Shown: positions 39,869-49,719, numbered from the stretch's first letter. The stretch: 64,000 bases of DNA from an uncultured delta proteobacterium (GCA_963769935.1 CAVYNY010000011.1:416001-480000); one strand, 5' to 3'. Program-made: numbers and translations. Notes: generated from the letters alone by a model not told the origin.

Positions 39869-40885
39869 TTAACTAAATAGCTTGTCCTCATCGAAGGCAA
39901 CCTGATCGCGCATGATGTAGTAAGAGGCCCGAGACAGCTTGTTGCTCAATGCCTTGATTGCTACCACATTCTTGCTTCTCGCCTTTTTGCTCTGATAAAA
40001 ACTGTGTGCCTTGGGACAATATCTTTTGGCAAAGTTGGCCGCCTCCACATAGGCCCAGGCCAGGTACTTGTTGCCATTTTTCTTGTTGTTCTCACCTTTT
40101 TTCTTGCCATTGGATATTCTCTTACTTTGCACACATCGACAGTAGGAAGAATAGTCACCAACTGTAGCAAAACGTCCAATATCCCCGACTTCCAGCATGA
40201 TGGTCAGCGCTAAAATCTTGCCTATCCCCGGAATCGTAAGCAACTTTGCAAATTCCTTGCGCAGCTTGGCCTGTGACATGACACGCTTTTCAATGCCTCT
40301 AATAATGTGCTTCAAAAATTCAATCGTCGCCCAACTGTTGGTGGCCATCAATACTAAATCCGGACAATCGAACAGATCTGCAACATCTATGGCGCTCAGT
40401 TTCTTGATTTCATTGTTGGATATCTTAAAACCCAGATTTCTGCTGACCATACTCTGCAGACTCAAGATCTGCGCCGTTCGCTGTCGCACAAATAAAAGCC
40501 TGCGGCGTAACAAATCCCTTACCGCTCGATTCTCCTTGGGGTAGATGTATCCTTCAGCCAGCAGGTTCAAGCGGTACATGTGCGCCAACCAAAATGCATC
40601 CCAGGGATCATCGGTATGCTTCAGTCCCTCGTATTGTTTGATTGCCGAGGGATTAGCCAAATGAACCTCGTAGCCATTGTCCTGCAGGCCGTCGACCATC
40701 CAATACCAATTGAACGTGGATTCGATTACCACCGCCTTAAGGTTTTCCTTAAACGGTTCCAGCGCCTTCAAGACTTCCTCCAGCCGGTTGCAATGCCGCT
40801 TGCCATAAAGCCTCTTATCGTTGCCGTCGATGATTCCAATAAAATTATTACTTGAATGCAAATCAATTCCAGCGTATGTTTCCAT
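39869..40885 (-). CDS. IS110-family DEDD recombinase/transposase
   Basis: YAGIDLH, VVIES, KHTDDPWDA, TIPGIG, ISNGKKKG (catalytic Ser region), KYLAWAYVEAA. Confidence 0.93.
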   Translation of the reverse strand: METYAGIDLHSSNNFIGIIDGNDKRLYGKRHCNRLEEVLKALEPFKENLKAVVIESTFNWYWMVDGLQDNGYEVHLANPSAIKQYEGLKHTDDPWDAFWLAHMYRLNLLAEGYIYPKENRAVRDLLRRRLLFVRQRTAQILSLQSMVSRNLGFKISNNEIKKLSAIDVADLFDCPDLVLMATNSWATIEFLKHIIRGIEKRVMSQAKLRKEFAKLLTIPGIGKILALTIMLEVGDIGRFATVGDYSSYCRCVQSKRISNGKKKGENNKKNGNKYLAWAYVEAANFAKRYCPKAHSFYQSKKARSKNVVAIKALSNKLSRASYYIMRDQVAFDEDKLFS

Positions 40886-41113
40886 GGGACACCTCCTAAA
40901 TCCTATAAAATTAATGTTAGACCCTTGTCTACTGGTTCCATAGCATATTTTGCTATGGATAGGGAGGTGTCCTTTCTCAAGCTCGGCAGGCTGTAGTGAG
41001 ATTTATCGCCAGCGGTCCGTAAGAAAATCTCACGCTTGACGAGCAATAACAGCTGAATGCAGGAAAAAAAGCAGTATCTATGATTTCCTGCCCTGTTGCT
41101 CTTTATATGTATA

Positions 41114-41176
41114 TCAAAGCTTGAATTGTGAATAATAATCAAAATTGTTCTACTATAATTCACTATTCAAGCCCCT
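41114..41176. repeat. REPIN-like inverted repeat, one arm of which is the IS110 target
   Basis: GCTTGAATTGTGAAT ... ATTCACTATTCAAGCCCC. Confidence 0.55.
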
Positions 41177-41206
41177 TATTTTTCTCATTGGTTTTTATTG
41201 GCGGAC

Positions 41207-41887
41207 CTATTCTATTCTCTGCGGAGAATGGTCATAACCGGGTTTAAATGTAATAAAAGGTATCTTTATTTCCCCTCCAGACTCTTCAAGACCATGAATA
41301 ACCAAGTAAAAAACATCGTCTTCTGACGGGGGAGGGGTATCAAAAAATAGATCAACGCATTTGCTAAACTTGCCTCCTGGATAAGAATCGTCAATTGAAA
41401 TAGTATCGGGTAAAGGTGCTGCAATTGATCTATAGTATTCAGCAAAATTGAAATGATCTAGACTGAAGTCTTTTGTTTTCTTAACATATTTAATTTTTTG
41501 TAAATATTCGTGGAGTTCTACAGAACCACATTTCATAGGTTTAGCAAGAAATCTGCTTCCATCAGGAAATTCCACGTAAATCTTTGATGGCGAGATGGTT
41601 AAAAAATTTGATTCTGAGGTTACAAAAACCAATAATATAATGAATGCGCCTTTTGCCCCTTCCCCGTTGTCGACTTCAATTCGTATCTTAACATCTGGAC
41701 CTTTAATAATATCTACTAACGGATAACATCCTTCATAGCCACATTCTTCTGTTAATTTCCATATGGCACTTTCGGAAATACTCGGTTTGCTGAATATTAT
41801 AGGTGTATTCGTAAACGAGCATCCAGCAAAAATAATCACGGAAAGAGATAAATTTAGATATACGTAGTAATTGGTCCTGTTATTCAT
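41207..41887 (-). CDS. AT-rich hypothetical lipoprotein (cassette gene)
   Basis: IIFAGC lipobox; low GC; follows an attC site. Confidence 0.65.
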   Translation of the reverse strand: MNNRTNYYVYLNLSLSVIIFAGCSFTNTPIIFSKPSISESAIWKLTEECGYEGCYPLVDIIKGPDVKIRIEVDNGEGAKGAFIILLVFVTSESNFLTISPSKIYVEFPDGSRFLAKPMKCGSVELHEYLQKIKYVKKTKDFSLDHFNFAEYYRSIAAPLPDTISIDDSYPGGKFSKCVDLFFDTPPPSEDDVFYLVIHGLEESGGEIKIPFITFKPGYDHSPQRIE

Positions 41888-41900
41888 TCCTTTGCACTTA

Positions 41901-42056
41901 GGGTTCACGAAAAAATTAGTTCACAGTTTTAGGCGTTGAGGCGCCCGTCCGGCAAGGCGCGAAAACGCAGGAATATCTGGATATTCTGAGCTTTCGCAAC
42001 GCAGTCGGGCGGGATGCAGCGGCGTATAAAATGTGAAGTTATTTTTGAGTGAGCCC
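41901..42056 (+). mobile_element. 156-bp MITE, copy 1, with TTA target duplication
   Basis: TIRs GGGTTCACGAAAAAATTAGTTCACA / TGTGAAGTTATTTTTGAGTGAGCCC; inverted copy at 51400-51555. Confidence 0.85.
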
Positions 42057-42063
42057 TTAATCA

Positions 42064-42124
42064 ATACAACGGGCTCTTCAGCGGGCGCGGTTTTCTGCGC
42101 TCCGCTGCAGGAGCGGTGTTAAGG
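42064..42124 (-). other. attC site (61 bp)
   Basis: CCTTAAC-ACCGCTCCTGCAGCGG...CCGCTGAAGAGCCC-GTTGTAT; the upstream gene's TAA lies in the R'' box. Confidence 0.85.
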
Positions 42125-42775
42125 CCTCTTTGTTACTATTGGCTTCTTCGCAAATACGTATGCCCTTCGGCTTTGATACTCCACCTCAGGGTATGGCTCT
42201 CTTTCGATTATCTCTATGCTTTCAAACCGAGCATCTTTTATCAAAACAGAAATGAAGTCCGTTTTAAAGAACATGAAATCTATGTCCACATCTTTGCCAA
42301 GAAACGCATCCAGGTGAATTTCCCCATCACCGATGTGGTAGGTGAACAGGAATACGCCGCCAGGTTGCAATACGCGGAATATTTCACTGAACGCCTTTGC
42401 GACCTGCTCATGTGAAAAATGTACGATAGCGTAAAAAGCAACAATGCCGGCTATCAACTCGTTTTCAAATTCGAGGTCAAGAATATTGCCCTTGCGGAAG
42501 GTTATACCCGGGTGAATCACTTTAGCTTGCTCTATGAGCTTTTCAGAGATATCGAGCCCAGAAATCTCAACACCAAGGTTTCTTAGATATTCAGTAGTTT
42601 GTCCGGGACCGCAGCCAAAATCCCAGACCGGCTTTTTTCCCACAACCTCTTGAGAGAATCTGTAAAGAATTTCACGATCCTGCGGCTTTTTCTCGTGCTC
42701 ACTACAGAATTCCTCTGCATATTCCTTGGCTACTGTATCGTACGCTTCTGCTACTTTATTTGAGTTTTGTCCCAT
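42119..42775 (-). CDS. Class I SAM methyltransferase (cassette gene)
   Basis: WDFGCGPG, GLDIS, VLQPGG; ATG immediately after an attC site. Confidence 0.85.
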   Translation of the reverse strand: MGQNSNKVAEAYDTVAKEYAEEFCSEHEKKPQDREILYRFSQEVVGKKPVWDFGCGPGQTTEYLRNLGVEISGLDISEKLIEQAKVIHPGITFRKGNILDLEFENELIAGIVAFYAIVHFSHEQVAKAFSEIFRVLQPGGVFLFTYHIGDGEIHLDAFLGKDVDIDFMFFKTDFISVLIKDARFESIEIIEREPYPEVEYQSRRAYVFAKKPIVTKRP

Positions 42776-42777
42776 AG

Positions 42778-42838
42778 CCTTAACGTTGCTAAGCAGCCGC
42801 GCGGTTTTTAGTGTCGGCTGAATTAGCATAGGTTATTG
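42778..42838 (-). other. attC site (61 bp)
   Basis: CAATAAC-CTATGCTAATTCAGCCG...CGGCTGCTTAGCAAC-GTTAAGG. Confidence 0.8.
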
Positions 42839-42891
42839 ATTCGATTATTTTACATGCAACTTCATACAGTTTATTGTTTTAAAGCGCCATT

Positions 42892-43590
42892 CTACCACCT
42901 AACAGGCTTACCAAAACGATCTAGATATCGAAGGCCAATTTTTCCTTCTTGACCCACAATAGTATCAACAATATCGCCGATCACTTCTTCAACGGAAAAT
43001 TTCGCTTCTTGGCCGCCCAAGTCTGTTTTAATCCAGCCAGGGGCCAAGAGTAGAAGTGCGCGATCTTTTCCATTTCGAACCGCAAAACTTCTCATAATCA
43101 TGTTTAGTGCTGCTTTACTTGCTCGATAAACGTCGTTACCACCATTTTCGTTATTAGCAATGCTTCCTTGTCCCGACGACATAACGCCAATAATTCCACC
43201 TTGACGAACATTCTCGGTGAGTTGTTCAAGCACTCGCATTGGGGAAAGCGTATTCGTCACCATCACTCGAACGAACTCTTCAGTTGAAATCTCACCGATG
43301 GTTTCTTTCATACCCTTGTCGTTGGCGACACCCGCACTAACAAAAAGAAGGTCTAATGATTCTCCAATAAAATTAGATTTAAGGCGTTCAATTTGAGCTG
43401 GGATTGTCATATCGAGATATTGTATCTGAAGTTTACCTTTCCATTTTTCAGACAGATCATGGAGCTTGGTTCTCTTACCCTCTCGTACAGTTCCAATTAC
43501 ATTCCAATTACGCTTTAATAACTCTTCTGCAATAGCTAACCCAAGTCCTCTTGAAGACCCAACTATGAGAGCGGTCTTAATTTTCGACAT
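42892..43590 (-). CDS. SDR family oxidoreductase (cassette gene)
   Basis: GSSRGLG, SAGV, YRASK, PGWIKT. Confidence 0.9.
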   Translation of the reverse strand: MSKIKTALIVGSSRGLGLAIAEELLKRNWNVIGTVREGKRTKLHDLSEKWKGKLQIQYLDMTIPAQIERLKSNFIGESLDLLFVSAGVANDKGMKETIGEISTEEFVRVMVTNTLSPMRVLEQLTENVRQGGIIGVMSSGQGSIANNENGGNDVYRASKAALNMIMRSFAVRNGKDRALLLLAPGWIKTDLGGQEAKFSVEEVIGDIVDTIVGQEGKIGLRYLDRFGKPVRW

Positions 43591-43629
43591 ATTTTCTCCT
43601 TCTTTTATCTTTTCGACGAATTTTAATCG

Positions 43630-43734
43630 CTACAACGAATTTTATTTTCCATATTCAACGCTTTAGCGCGCAGCGTTAACCTAACCAACCGGAGCCTCGC
43701 AGTTTGCGGCTTCCGGTGGAATAACTGGTTATGC
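43630..43734 (-). other. Degenerate or hybrid attC site
   Basis: GCATAAC-CAGTTATTCCACCGGAAGCCGCAAACTGCGAGGCTCCGG... ending in GTTGTAG; the two halves pair poorly. Confidence 0.5.
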
Positions 43735-43755
43735 TCAGCGTCGGTGGATGCAGCG

Positions 43756-44826
43756 CTACTGTGTGGTCCTGAATACATCAGTGATAAGGTAGTCGTCGTT
43801 GACACCGCCTCCTGCGGCGTTTGGCTGTTGGGCCCCTGCTTTGGCCAATCCATACATGGCCTCAAGTGTACGAAGGATGTTGACGTGCGTAATGCCTTTA
43901 CCTTCAGGGTAATTACCGCGTTTGATGTGGGCTCCCGCAAAGATGGTAACTATACGATTCTTAAGGTCCATACAGTACTCCTTATCTCGACCATTGCCAA
44001 CGCAGGATTGCACGTCGACCAAGGGATTTGTTAGTCCCTGGTAGCGCCGTTTGTCATTGTTTTCATCGAATGTGAGAATGAGAAGGCTGTTGTGACCATT
44101 TGCCCATTGATAATAGGAATCGATGTTCTCCTGCAGCCAAAGGTCACCTGCCGGAATGCTTTTGGTGATGGGACCATTGTGCATGTCGTTATCCAAATTG
44201 GGAATTACAAAGGCAATGGTTGGCAATGTGTGGTACTGGGTTGAATCTGACGGAAAGTCCTCAAACCTGAGATTCGACGATTCGGCGACTGTTGTGCCGT
44301 TGGGTACGTTGGCAAAACTTATCCAGGGGACATGTTTTCGCGCATAAAGGCCTGTCGAATCCTTCTCGCCCCTGAAGCCGATATAAGGCAGGCCCTCTGA
44401 GTAGCTTTTGAAGGAAAGTCCTTTATTAATCAGTTGCTTACTCAGATTCGCCTTCTTGAATGGATAGTTGAAATGATTCTCCTCAGATGGTACTTGGTCG
44501 ATAAATCCGACCGTCTGATTGTCTCCTGAGAACATCCAGAAGTAGTTGCCCTGGCTGAAGTGTTCCTCACCATACATCTGGGTGAAATTGGCTCCTTATT
44601 TCTTGAGCACCTTGTTGATGTAAGGCGCGCTAACGTTACCGATGCTCTCTTCGTAATCCTTGTTTTCCTCTACGACAATTACCACGTGATCATAGACGGG
44701 CAGACCGGCAGGCCAGGCGAGACGAGGGGTCTCTGGAGCCGGTTTTCTCACAGAATCCAGATGGACACTAGTCGTGCAGGAAACGAGCGCAAAAAGAAGG
44801 GCTAAAATCGACGCGAGTCTTATCAT
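43756..44826 (-). pseudogene. Acid phosphatase/phosphoesterase lipoprotein, frameshifted near 44590
   Basis: DHVVIVVEENK in ORF 44596-44826; HFSQGNY, YARKHVPW, NDMH, TFDE in ORF 43756-44577. Confidence 0.8.
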
Positions 44827-44863
44827 GAAACATGCTCCTTCTCGTGATGTTATTTGTTCTCTG

Positions 44864-44966
44864 GCAGAACGAGAAAGTGAGCAGCGGCCGATTTCAGTGT
44901 CAAGATAGCACGGTCTTTACGAAAAACCGCTATCTACACGCCGTCTGCTCAACTGGTTGGTTGGCC
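44864..44966 (-). other. attC site (103 bp)
   Basis: GGCCAAC-CAACCAGTTGAGCAGACGGC...GCCGCTGCTCACTTTCTC-GTTCTGC. Confidence 0.75.
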
Positions 44967-45308
44967 TTTTTCTATTGCTTCAAGCAGAGTTTGAAGTTTC
45001 ATGCGAAGGTCTGAAAGTTTGGTTGTTGCAACATCCCAGACTATTGTGTAATCAACTCCAAAATAATCATGGATAAGCCTATCTCGCATTCCAGTGATTT
45101 TTCGCCACTCGATGTCCGGTTGCATCACCCTAACATCCTCCGGCAGTTTTTGGGAGGCTTCACCGATGATCTCGAGACTTCGAACGAAGGCCCTCTTAAC
45201 AGTTGGATTCCTGACAAATGACTCATAATCCATATCAGATATCTGATTTAAGATGAAGTCGATCTCGTCAAGGATATGATGGATATATTCAAGCGGCGAT
45301 AGGGACAC
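44949..45308 (-). CDS. HepT/DUF86 HEPN toxin
   Basis: LEIIGEA; RDRLIHDY (Rx4HxY). Confidence 0.9.
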   Translation of the reverse strand: MSLSPLEYIHHILDEIDFILNQISDMDYESFVRNPTVKRAFVRSLEIIGEASQKLPEDVRVMQPDIEWRKITGMRDRLIHDYFGVDYTIVWDVATTKLSDLRMKLQTLLEAIEKGQPTS

Positions 45309-45606
45309 GCTCTACCTCCCTTAAAATATGTGGTCCGATGTGTGGACTGAGAGCCTCTGGCGTAATCAACTCGACTTTGCGTCCCAGAATTTCTTCCAAC
45401 AGAAATGCAACTTCCATAAAATTGTCGAAAGTGTGCTTTTCAGGCGTGAATTCCGCGAGGATATCTATGTCGCTCAAAGGTGTCTGGTCACCTCGGACAA
45501 AAGAGCCGAATAGTCCAATATTTTTGACGCCATAGAATGCAAGTTGTTTTTTTTCGGCTAAAATGCGCTTAAATATTAACTCTTTAGCGTTAGTCTTTTC
45601 ATTCAT
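45289..45606 (-). CDS. MNT minimal nucleotidyltransferase antitoxin
   Basis: GLFGSFVRG...SDIDIL. Confidence 0.9.
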   Translation of the reverse strand: MNEKTNAKELIFKRILAEKKQLAFYGVKNIGLFGSFVRGDQTPLSDIDILAEFTPEKHTFDNFMEVAFLLEEILGRKVELITPEALSPHIGPHILREVERVPIAA

Positions 45607-45655
45607 GGGGTATCCTCCTAAATGCCTTTAACCAAACCAGAATACATTAAAATTT

Positions 45656-45710
45656 AGGGGGACATGGGGGTCGCATCTCAAAAAGGGGGACATGGGGGTC
45701 GCATCTCAAA
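45656..45710. repeat. Tandem duplication (28-bp period) of the RAYT element end
   Basis: AGGGGGACATGGGGGTCGCATCTCAAA occurs twice. Confidence 0.9.
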
Positions 45711-46678
45711 TATTAAGTATTTTCCTTCTGATTCGATCCTCCCGCCCCTTAAGCTTGCGATCCGTCTCAAGTTTTTTCGCGATCCGGTCATGCCGAGCCG
45801 CGATTCCAGCTCCGGAGATGTCGAACCGCCTGCCCAGGACGACACTGGTTTCTCCCGTCATTTCCCTGCAAAGATAAATCGCCACATCCCGGGCTAAATT
45901 CCTCTTTTTCCCTTTTTGTAGGATGCTTTCTATCCCGCAACCGAATTCGTCGGAAACCGCTTGAATAAGATCATCGGGCGTTGGGCGGGGTTTCAGGATT
46001 TTCAGTTGGGGGATCTCCTGGCTGTTCGATTCCTTGCTTAAAAATGTCTTCTTCACCCAGTTTACGAAATCGACTCGCCCCAAAACAACACCGCCTACGA
46101 CGTCATCGGACGGATTCTCAATCTTTATGTTTTCGACCGACTCGACAAATTCACGGTATCTTTTTTTCGCGATGTCTCCTGTCCTCTCCGAACAGCGACA
46201 ATAACCAGTCCGTCTCCAGCCATTCCGGAGACTCAACATAGCCGCTTAAAGCCCGGTAGCTGCTCCATGGATAGTCTCTGCAATGTTCAACCATCCCCGC
46301 CCGCACCGGATTCAGATGGATATATCGCGACAGGTGCTTTAAATATTCATCCGCGTCCACCAGCACGGCTTTGAAGCGCCCTTGGAACAGATGACCGAAG
46401 CGTCTTCGTTTGCGATTGAAATACACCGAATAACCGACGTTGATCCATTTGATCGCCTGACTCAGGTTCGCATGGGGAGTTTCTATCAAAAAGTGATAAT
46501 GCGTGCTCATCAGGCAAAAGGTATGCACCTTGATTCCGTATCGTTTCACCGCCTCGCCGACATATTCCAAGAACTTTTCCCGGTCCCGCTCGCTCCTATA
46601 TATATTCATTCCCGTGTTTCCGCGATTCATCACGTGATAGAAAGCACCCGGGAATTCTATTCTTAACGGCCGCGCCAT
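45706..46678 (-). pseudogene. RAYT-like Y1 (HUH) transposase with C-terminal DnaA_C-like HTH, frameshifted near 46178
   Basis: MARPLR, YHVMNRG, THYH, GHLFQGRFK, YIHLNP, YPWSS; C-terminal ARDVAIYLCRE. Confidence 0.85.
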
Positions 46679-46763
46679 TCAAAAATACCTTTTTGTTTCG
46701 CTAAAAAGCATCTTCTTTTGTTTTTCGCACGCTATCTTAACGGCATGGCCTTGTCAATACTTT

Positions 46764-49022
46764 GTAGAGTAGAACATCGGTGCAGTGGCTGCAGGCGTCG
46801 GCGGCATCTCTGCCGATTTCCCGGCAGACCTCAGTCCGACTACCATACCTTCCTTCCCTTAGTCCCCTCGTCGAACCGGACGTCGGGTTTTCCCCGGTAC
46901 GGCTCACCGACGACCTTCCCCATGTGTTTATCAGTAACCGTTGCCGTTGAATTACAGTGACTAACCGAACTGGTATAATCCCAGTCGAACAACTAAATTG
47001 TTGTGGACTCTCCAAGTGCCCCTCGATCGATCACTGTACTTCCGCTTCAGGAATATTCGCAGCCGTTCGCGGACAAAGGCATTGAGCTTGCGAAGCCGTT
47101 TGAGCACCGGTCTTGTCGCTTTGTGATAATTGTTCCAACCCCGTATTACCGGTGTCAGCTCTTTTATCAACTCCTCCAGCGATAGACTATAGCGTCGCCC
47201 AATGACTTCCTTCACTCGTTGCCTGATGCGGCCCATCGAACGCTCTGAAGGCCATATTGCGCAGAACTGCTTTGATTTCGAGTTCTTCTTGCGCACCGGA
47301 CACAGACGCAAATGCACGCCGAGAAAATCAAACCCGTCTTTCGCTTTAACCATACGCGTTTTATCCGGGTGCAGCTTCAAGCCAAGACGTCCCAGCATCT
47401 GCTCCACCTGCTTTTTAACCTGCTTTCCGTTACGCCACAGCAAGATAACAAAATCATCCGCATATCTTACCAGTGTTCCTGGAATTCCCGACATCTGGAA
47501 CATTTTGTCAAACGAGTGTAGATAGATATTGCTCAGCAACGGTGAAATTACACCACCTTGCGGAGTTCCCAGCCCGTTCGTTTCGATATATTTGCCCTCT
47601 TCCATGACCCCGGCTTCCAACCACATGCGAATTAACTTTAAAACACGCGCATCAGCGATGCGGCGTTCAACCAGTTCCAGTAGAATATCCTGGCGAATAT
47701 TGTCGAAAAATCCCGTTATATCGGCGTCAAAAACGATGCGCTGACCTTTGAAGGTAATCCTGCGTTCTATTATACGGATCGCGTCATGGGCGCTTCGCCC
47801 CGGACGAAATCCGTGAGAACAATCCAAAAAATTGGCCTCAAATATCGGCTCGATTACCAGTTTGGTCGCCATCTGGCAAACGCGGTCAAAAATAACCGGA
47901 ACCCCAAGCGGCCTTTTCTCAGGTTTGCCCGGTTTGTCGATATAGCACCGCAGCACTGGCTGCGGCCGGTACCGCTTGCTTTTTAATTGCTCGCGGACTT
48001 CCGCCAGAAATTGATCCACACCAATTACATCCTCGATGTATTCAAAATCCTGCCGATCGACTCCAGGTGCACCCTTGTTGGCCTTGACGCGCTTCCAGGC
48101 CTCCAAAACAACATCTTCACGATAGATCTTATCGTAAAGAGCCCCGAATCTCCTATCCAGCGACTGCTTCGCTGCATGGGACAGTTTAGACTGCAAGTCA
48201 GAAACTTTGTTCCGCACGTTCATAGCTCCTTGAGCACTCATGCCTTCTTACTGTTAACAGATAGAAATGCAACTGGTGTTTAAACCGATGATGATTCGGG
48301 ACAGTTCGAGTTCTTGGCCCGGTGGTCGCACCGTTCCCCAACGACTGCCGGTTGGGTTTTGTTAAAGCGGGGTCCCCGTAAACCCGCACCTTATCCTCAC
48401 CCTCAAATCTATCCACTGTTCCGCATTTCAACTCACACCCTAAACGCGGTCGAAGTATGGCCCCACGCTCAGGACAGGTTATGTTGTCCTGCCCGTCGTC
48501 ACTTCCAGGCCACTCCGACTTCCCTACGCCCATCACCTCCATCTTGCCGGTTTCACCCGACTTGATACAGGCTTACCGCAGGCGGAGACCTGCGGAGACG
48601 CTGGGATCTCAGGTCTTTCCTCCATTATCTGTCACCGCATGCCGTTGGCCTTACCCCGGGTCCCTACCAGGTGCGCATACCCTTTGCTTCCCTGGTAGCT
48701 CTGGCCTTCTCCCAAATTATAGAGGATCGGCGGGTATCCCTGCGATGCAGGGTTTATCCCTCAATCGGACTCTCCCAGCTATAGCCGTCCGATCACATCT
48801 TACGAGGCTGCACCATTCGCGTCATGCTACGGCCTGCGGTTTTGGCCGGCACCCCTGACTGGGTAAAACCCGCATATCCTGCGAGCCGTCTCGGTACCGT
48901 GTCGGGGCAAGTTCAGCCCGCGTGTTACCACGCGAACCCGCCCTCTGCCTTCATATCCATAAGGGCAACTGATATGATAACCTCCTTTCAGGTTACTAGA
49001 TAATGGTCTCGCGACCTCGTAC
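46764..49022 (-). mobile_element. Group II intron (EBS1/EBS2 type, RT without endonuclease domain)
   Basis: 5' end GTACG at 49022; domain V GAGCCGTACCGGGGAAAACCCGACGTCCGGTTC (46905-46873); 3' end CTACTCTAC at 46764. Confidence 0.88.
46961..48241 (-). CDS. ltrA: Group II intron reverse transcriptase/maturase
   Basis: NKGAPGVD, RPLGVP, SHGFRPGRS, GTPQGGVISPLL, RYADD, GFDFLG, domain X IRGWNNY. Confidence 0.93.
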   Translation of the reverse strand: MSAQGAMNVRNKVSDLQSKLSHAAKQSLDRRFGALYDKIYREDVVLEAWKRVKANKGAPGVDRQDFEYIEDVIGVDQFLAEVREQLKSKRYRPQPVLRCYIDKPGKPEKRPLGVPVIFDRVCQMATKLVIEPIFEANFLDCSHGFRPGRSAHDAIRIIERRITFKGQRIVFDADITGFFDNIRQDILLELVERRIADARVLKLIRMWLEAGVMEEGKYIETNGLGTPQGGVISPLLSNIYLHSFDKMFQMSGIPGTLVRYADDFVILLWRNGKQVKKQVEQMLGRLGLKLHPDKTRMVKAKDGFDFLGVHLRLCPVRKKNSKSKQFCAIWPSERSMGRIRQRVKEVIGRRYSLSLEELIKELTPVIRGWNNYHKATRPVLKRLRKLNAFVRERLRIFLKRKYSDRSRGTWRVHNNLVVRLGLYQFG

Positions 49023-49451
49023 ATAATTTAGATGCGACCCTGGAGACCTTCATCAAGCAGGATATTCAATATCGCCGGCAGGCCGGCAATCATTGAACCC
49101 GGCGCTTGCCGGACCGGGACGTTTATCATTCGGCCGGTTTCATTTTTTTCCGATTTTAAGAGTGGTTGACCGTCAATCGCTCCAATAGGCGATTTTCAAT
49201 CGACGCCGGCGAGTGTTTCAATCCCCAGAAACCCGAACTCCCTGTTTTGCCCGGGCGCCTTTCCCCAACCATTTGCTGTCAATTAACCGTGCCCCACATT
49301 TCAACCTTGCCCAAAAAAAATCAATCTGGTTATCGGAAATGACCAAGTCAGAGGGGTGACGTCCATTTTCTCCCCCGCCCTCGGTTCCTCCCGCCAGGCA
49401 AGGGAAGCAATATTACCCCGCGCTTGGGCTTTGCAGATAACCGGGAAGATA

Positions 49452-49489
49452 AATGTTGACAATAAAACCCGCTTTCGTTATCCGGATAG
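49452..49489 (+). repeat. 38-bp direct repeat, copy 1
   Basis: AATGTTGACAATAAAACCCGCTTTCGTTATCCGGATAG; 37/38 identical to 51171-51208. Confidence 0.9.
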
Positions 49490-49719
49490 TTATGCCGCCT
49501 GTAGTTTCCTAGCATGCAGGATTTCTTTATCTTGCATTATACGAACATCTTCAGATTTTAGGTTACGACAGCAAGAGTGCCGCCACGTCCAGTTATAAAT
49601 TCTGTTTCAAAAGCTTTGTTGTCTTTGTAAGAATGTACAACAGCACCAATATCTCCTTCTTTGAGACCGTACTCAGGCAGATCCTTGGTCAAAACAACTG
49701 TGTCCAGTTCTTTTATTAT
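49490..49719 (-). pseudogene. DUF4926-like gene (ATA start, frameshift near 49560); absent from the ORF track
   Basis: Manual translation IKELDTVVLTKDLPEYGLKEGDIGAVVH...FETEF...GGTLAVVT / LKSEDVR...EILHAR. Confidence 0.7.

Larger units (their letters stand above)
39135..41116 (-). mobile_element. IS110-family element with a long 3' non-coding end; TGA core present at both junctions
   Basis: Left junction CAAGCTT-TGA|TATACAT; right junction TTGACA...ATGGG-TGA|CCCTATA; contains a DEDD recombinase gene. Confidence 0.8.

Noticed and set aside
45656..45710. 28-bp tandem repeat as a CRISPR
   Set aside because: Only two copies, no spacer, and it coincides with the Y1 element end.
46961..48241. RT as a retron, DGR or Abi defence RT
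   Set aside because: Domain X, domain V/VI RNA, intron boundaries and EBS-IBS pairing indicate an ordinary group II intron RT.
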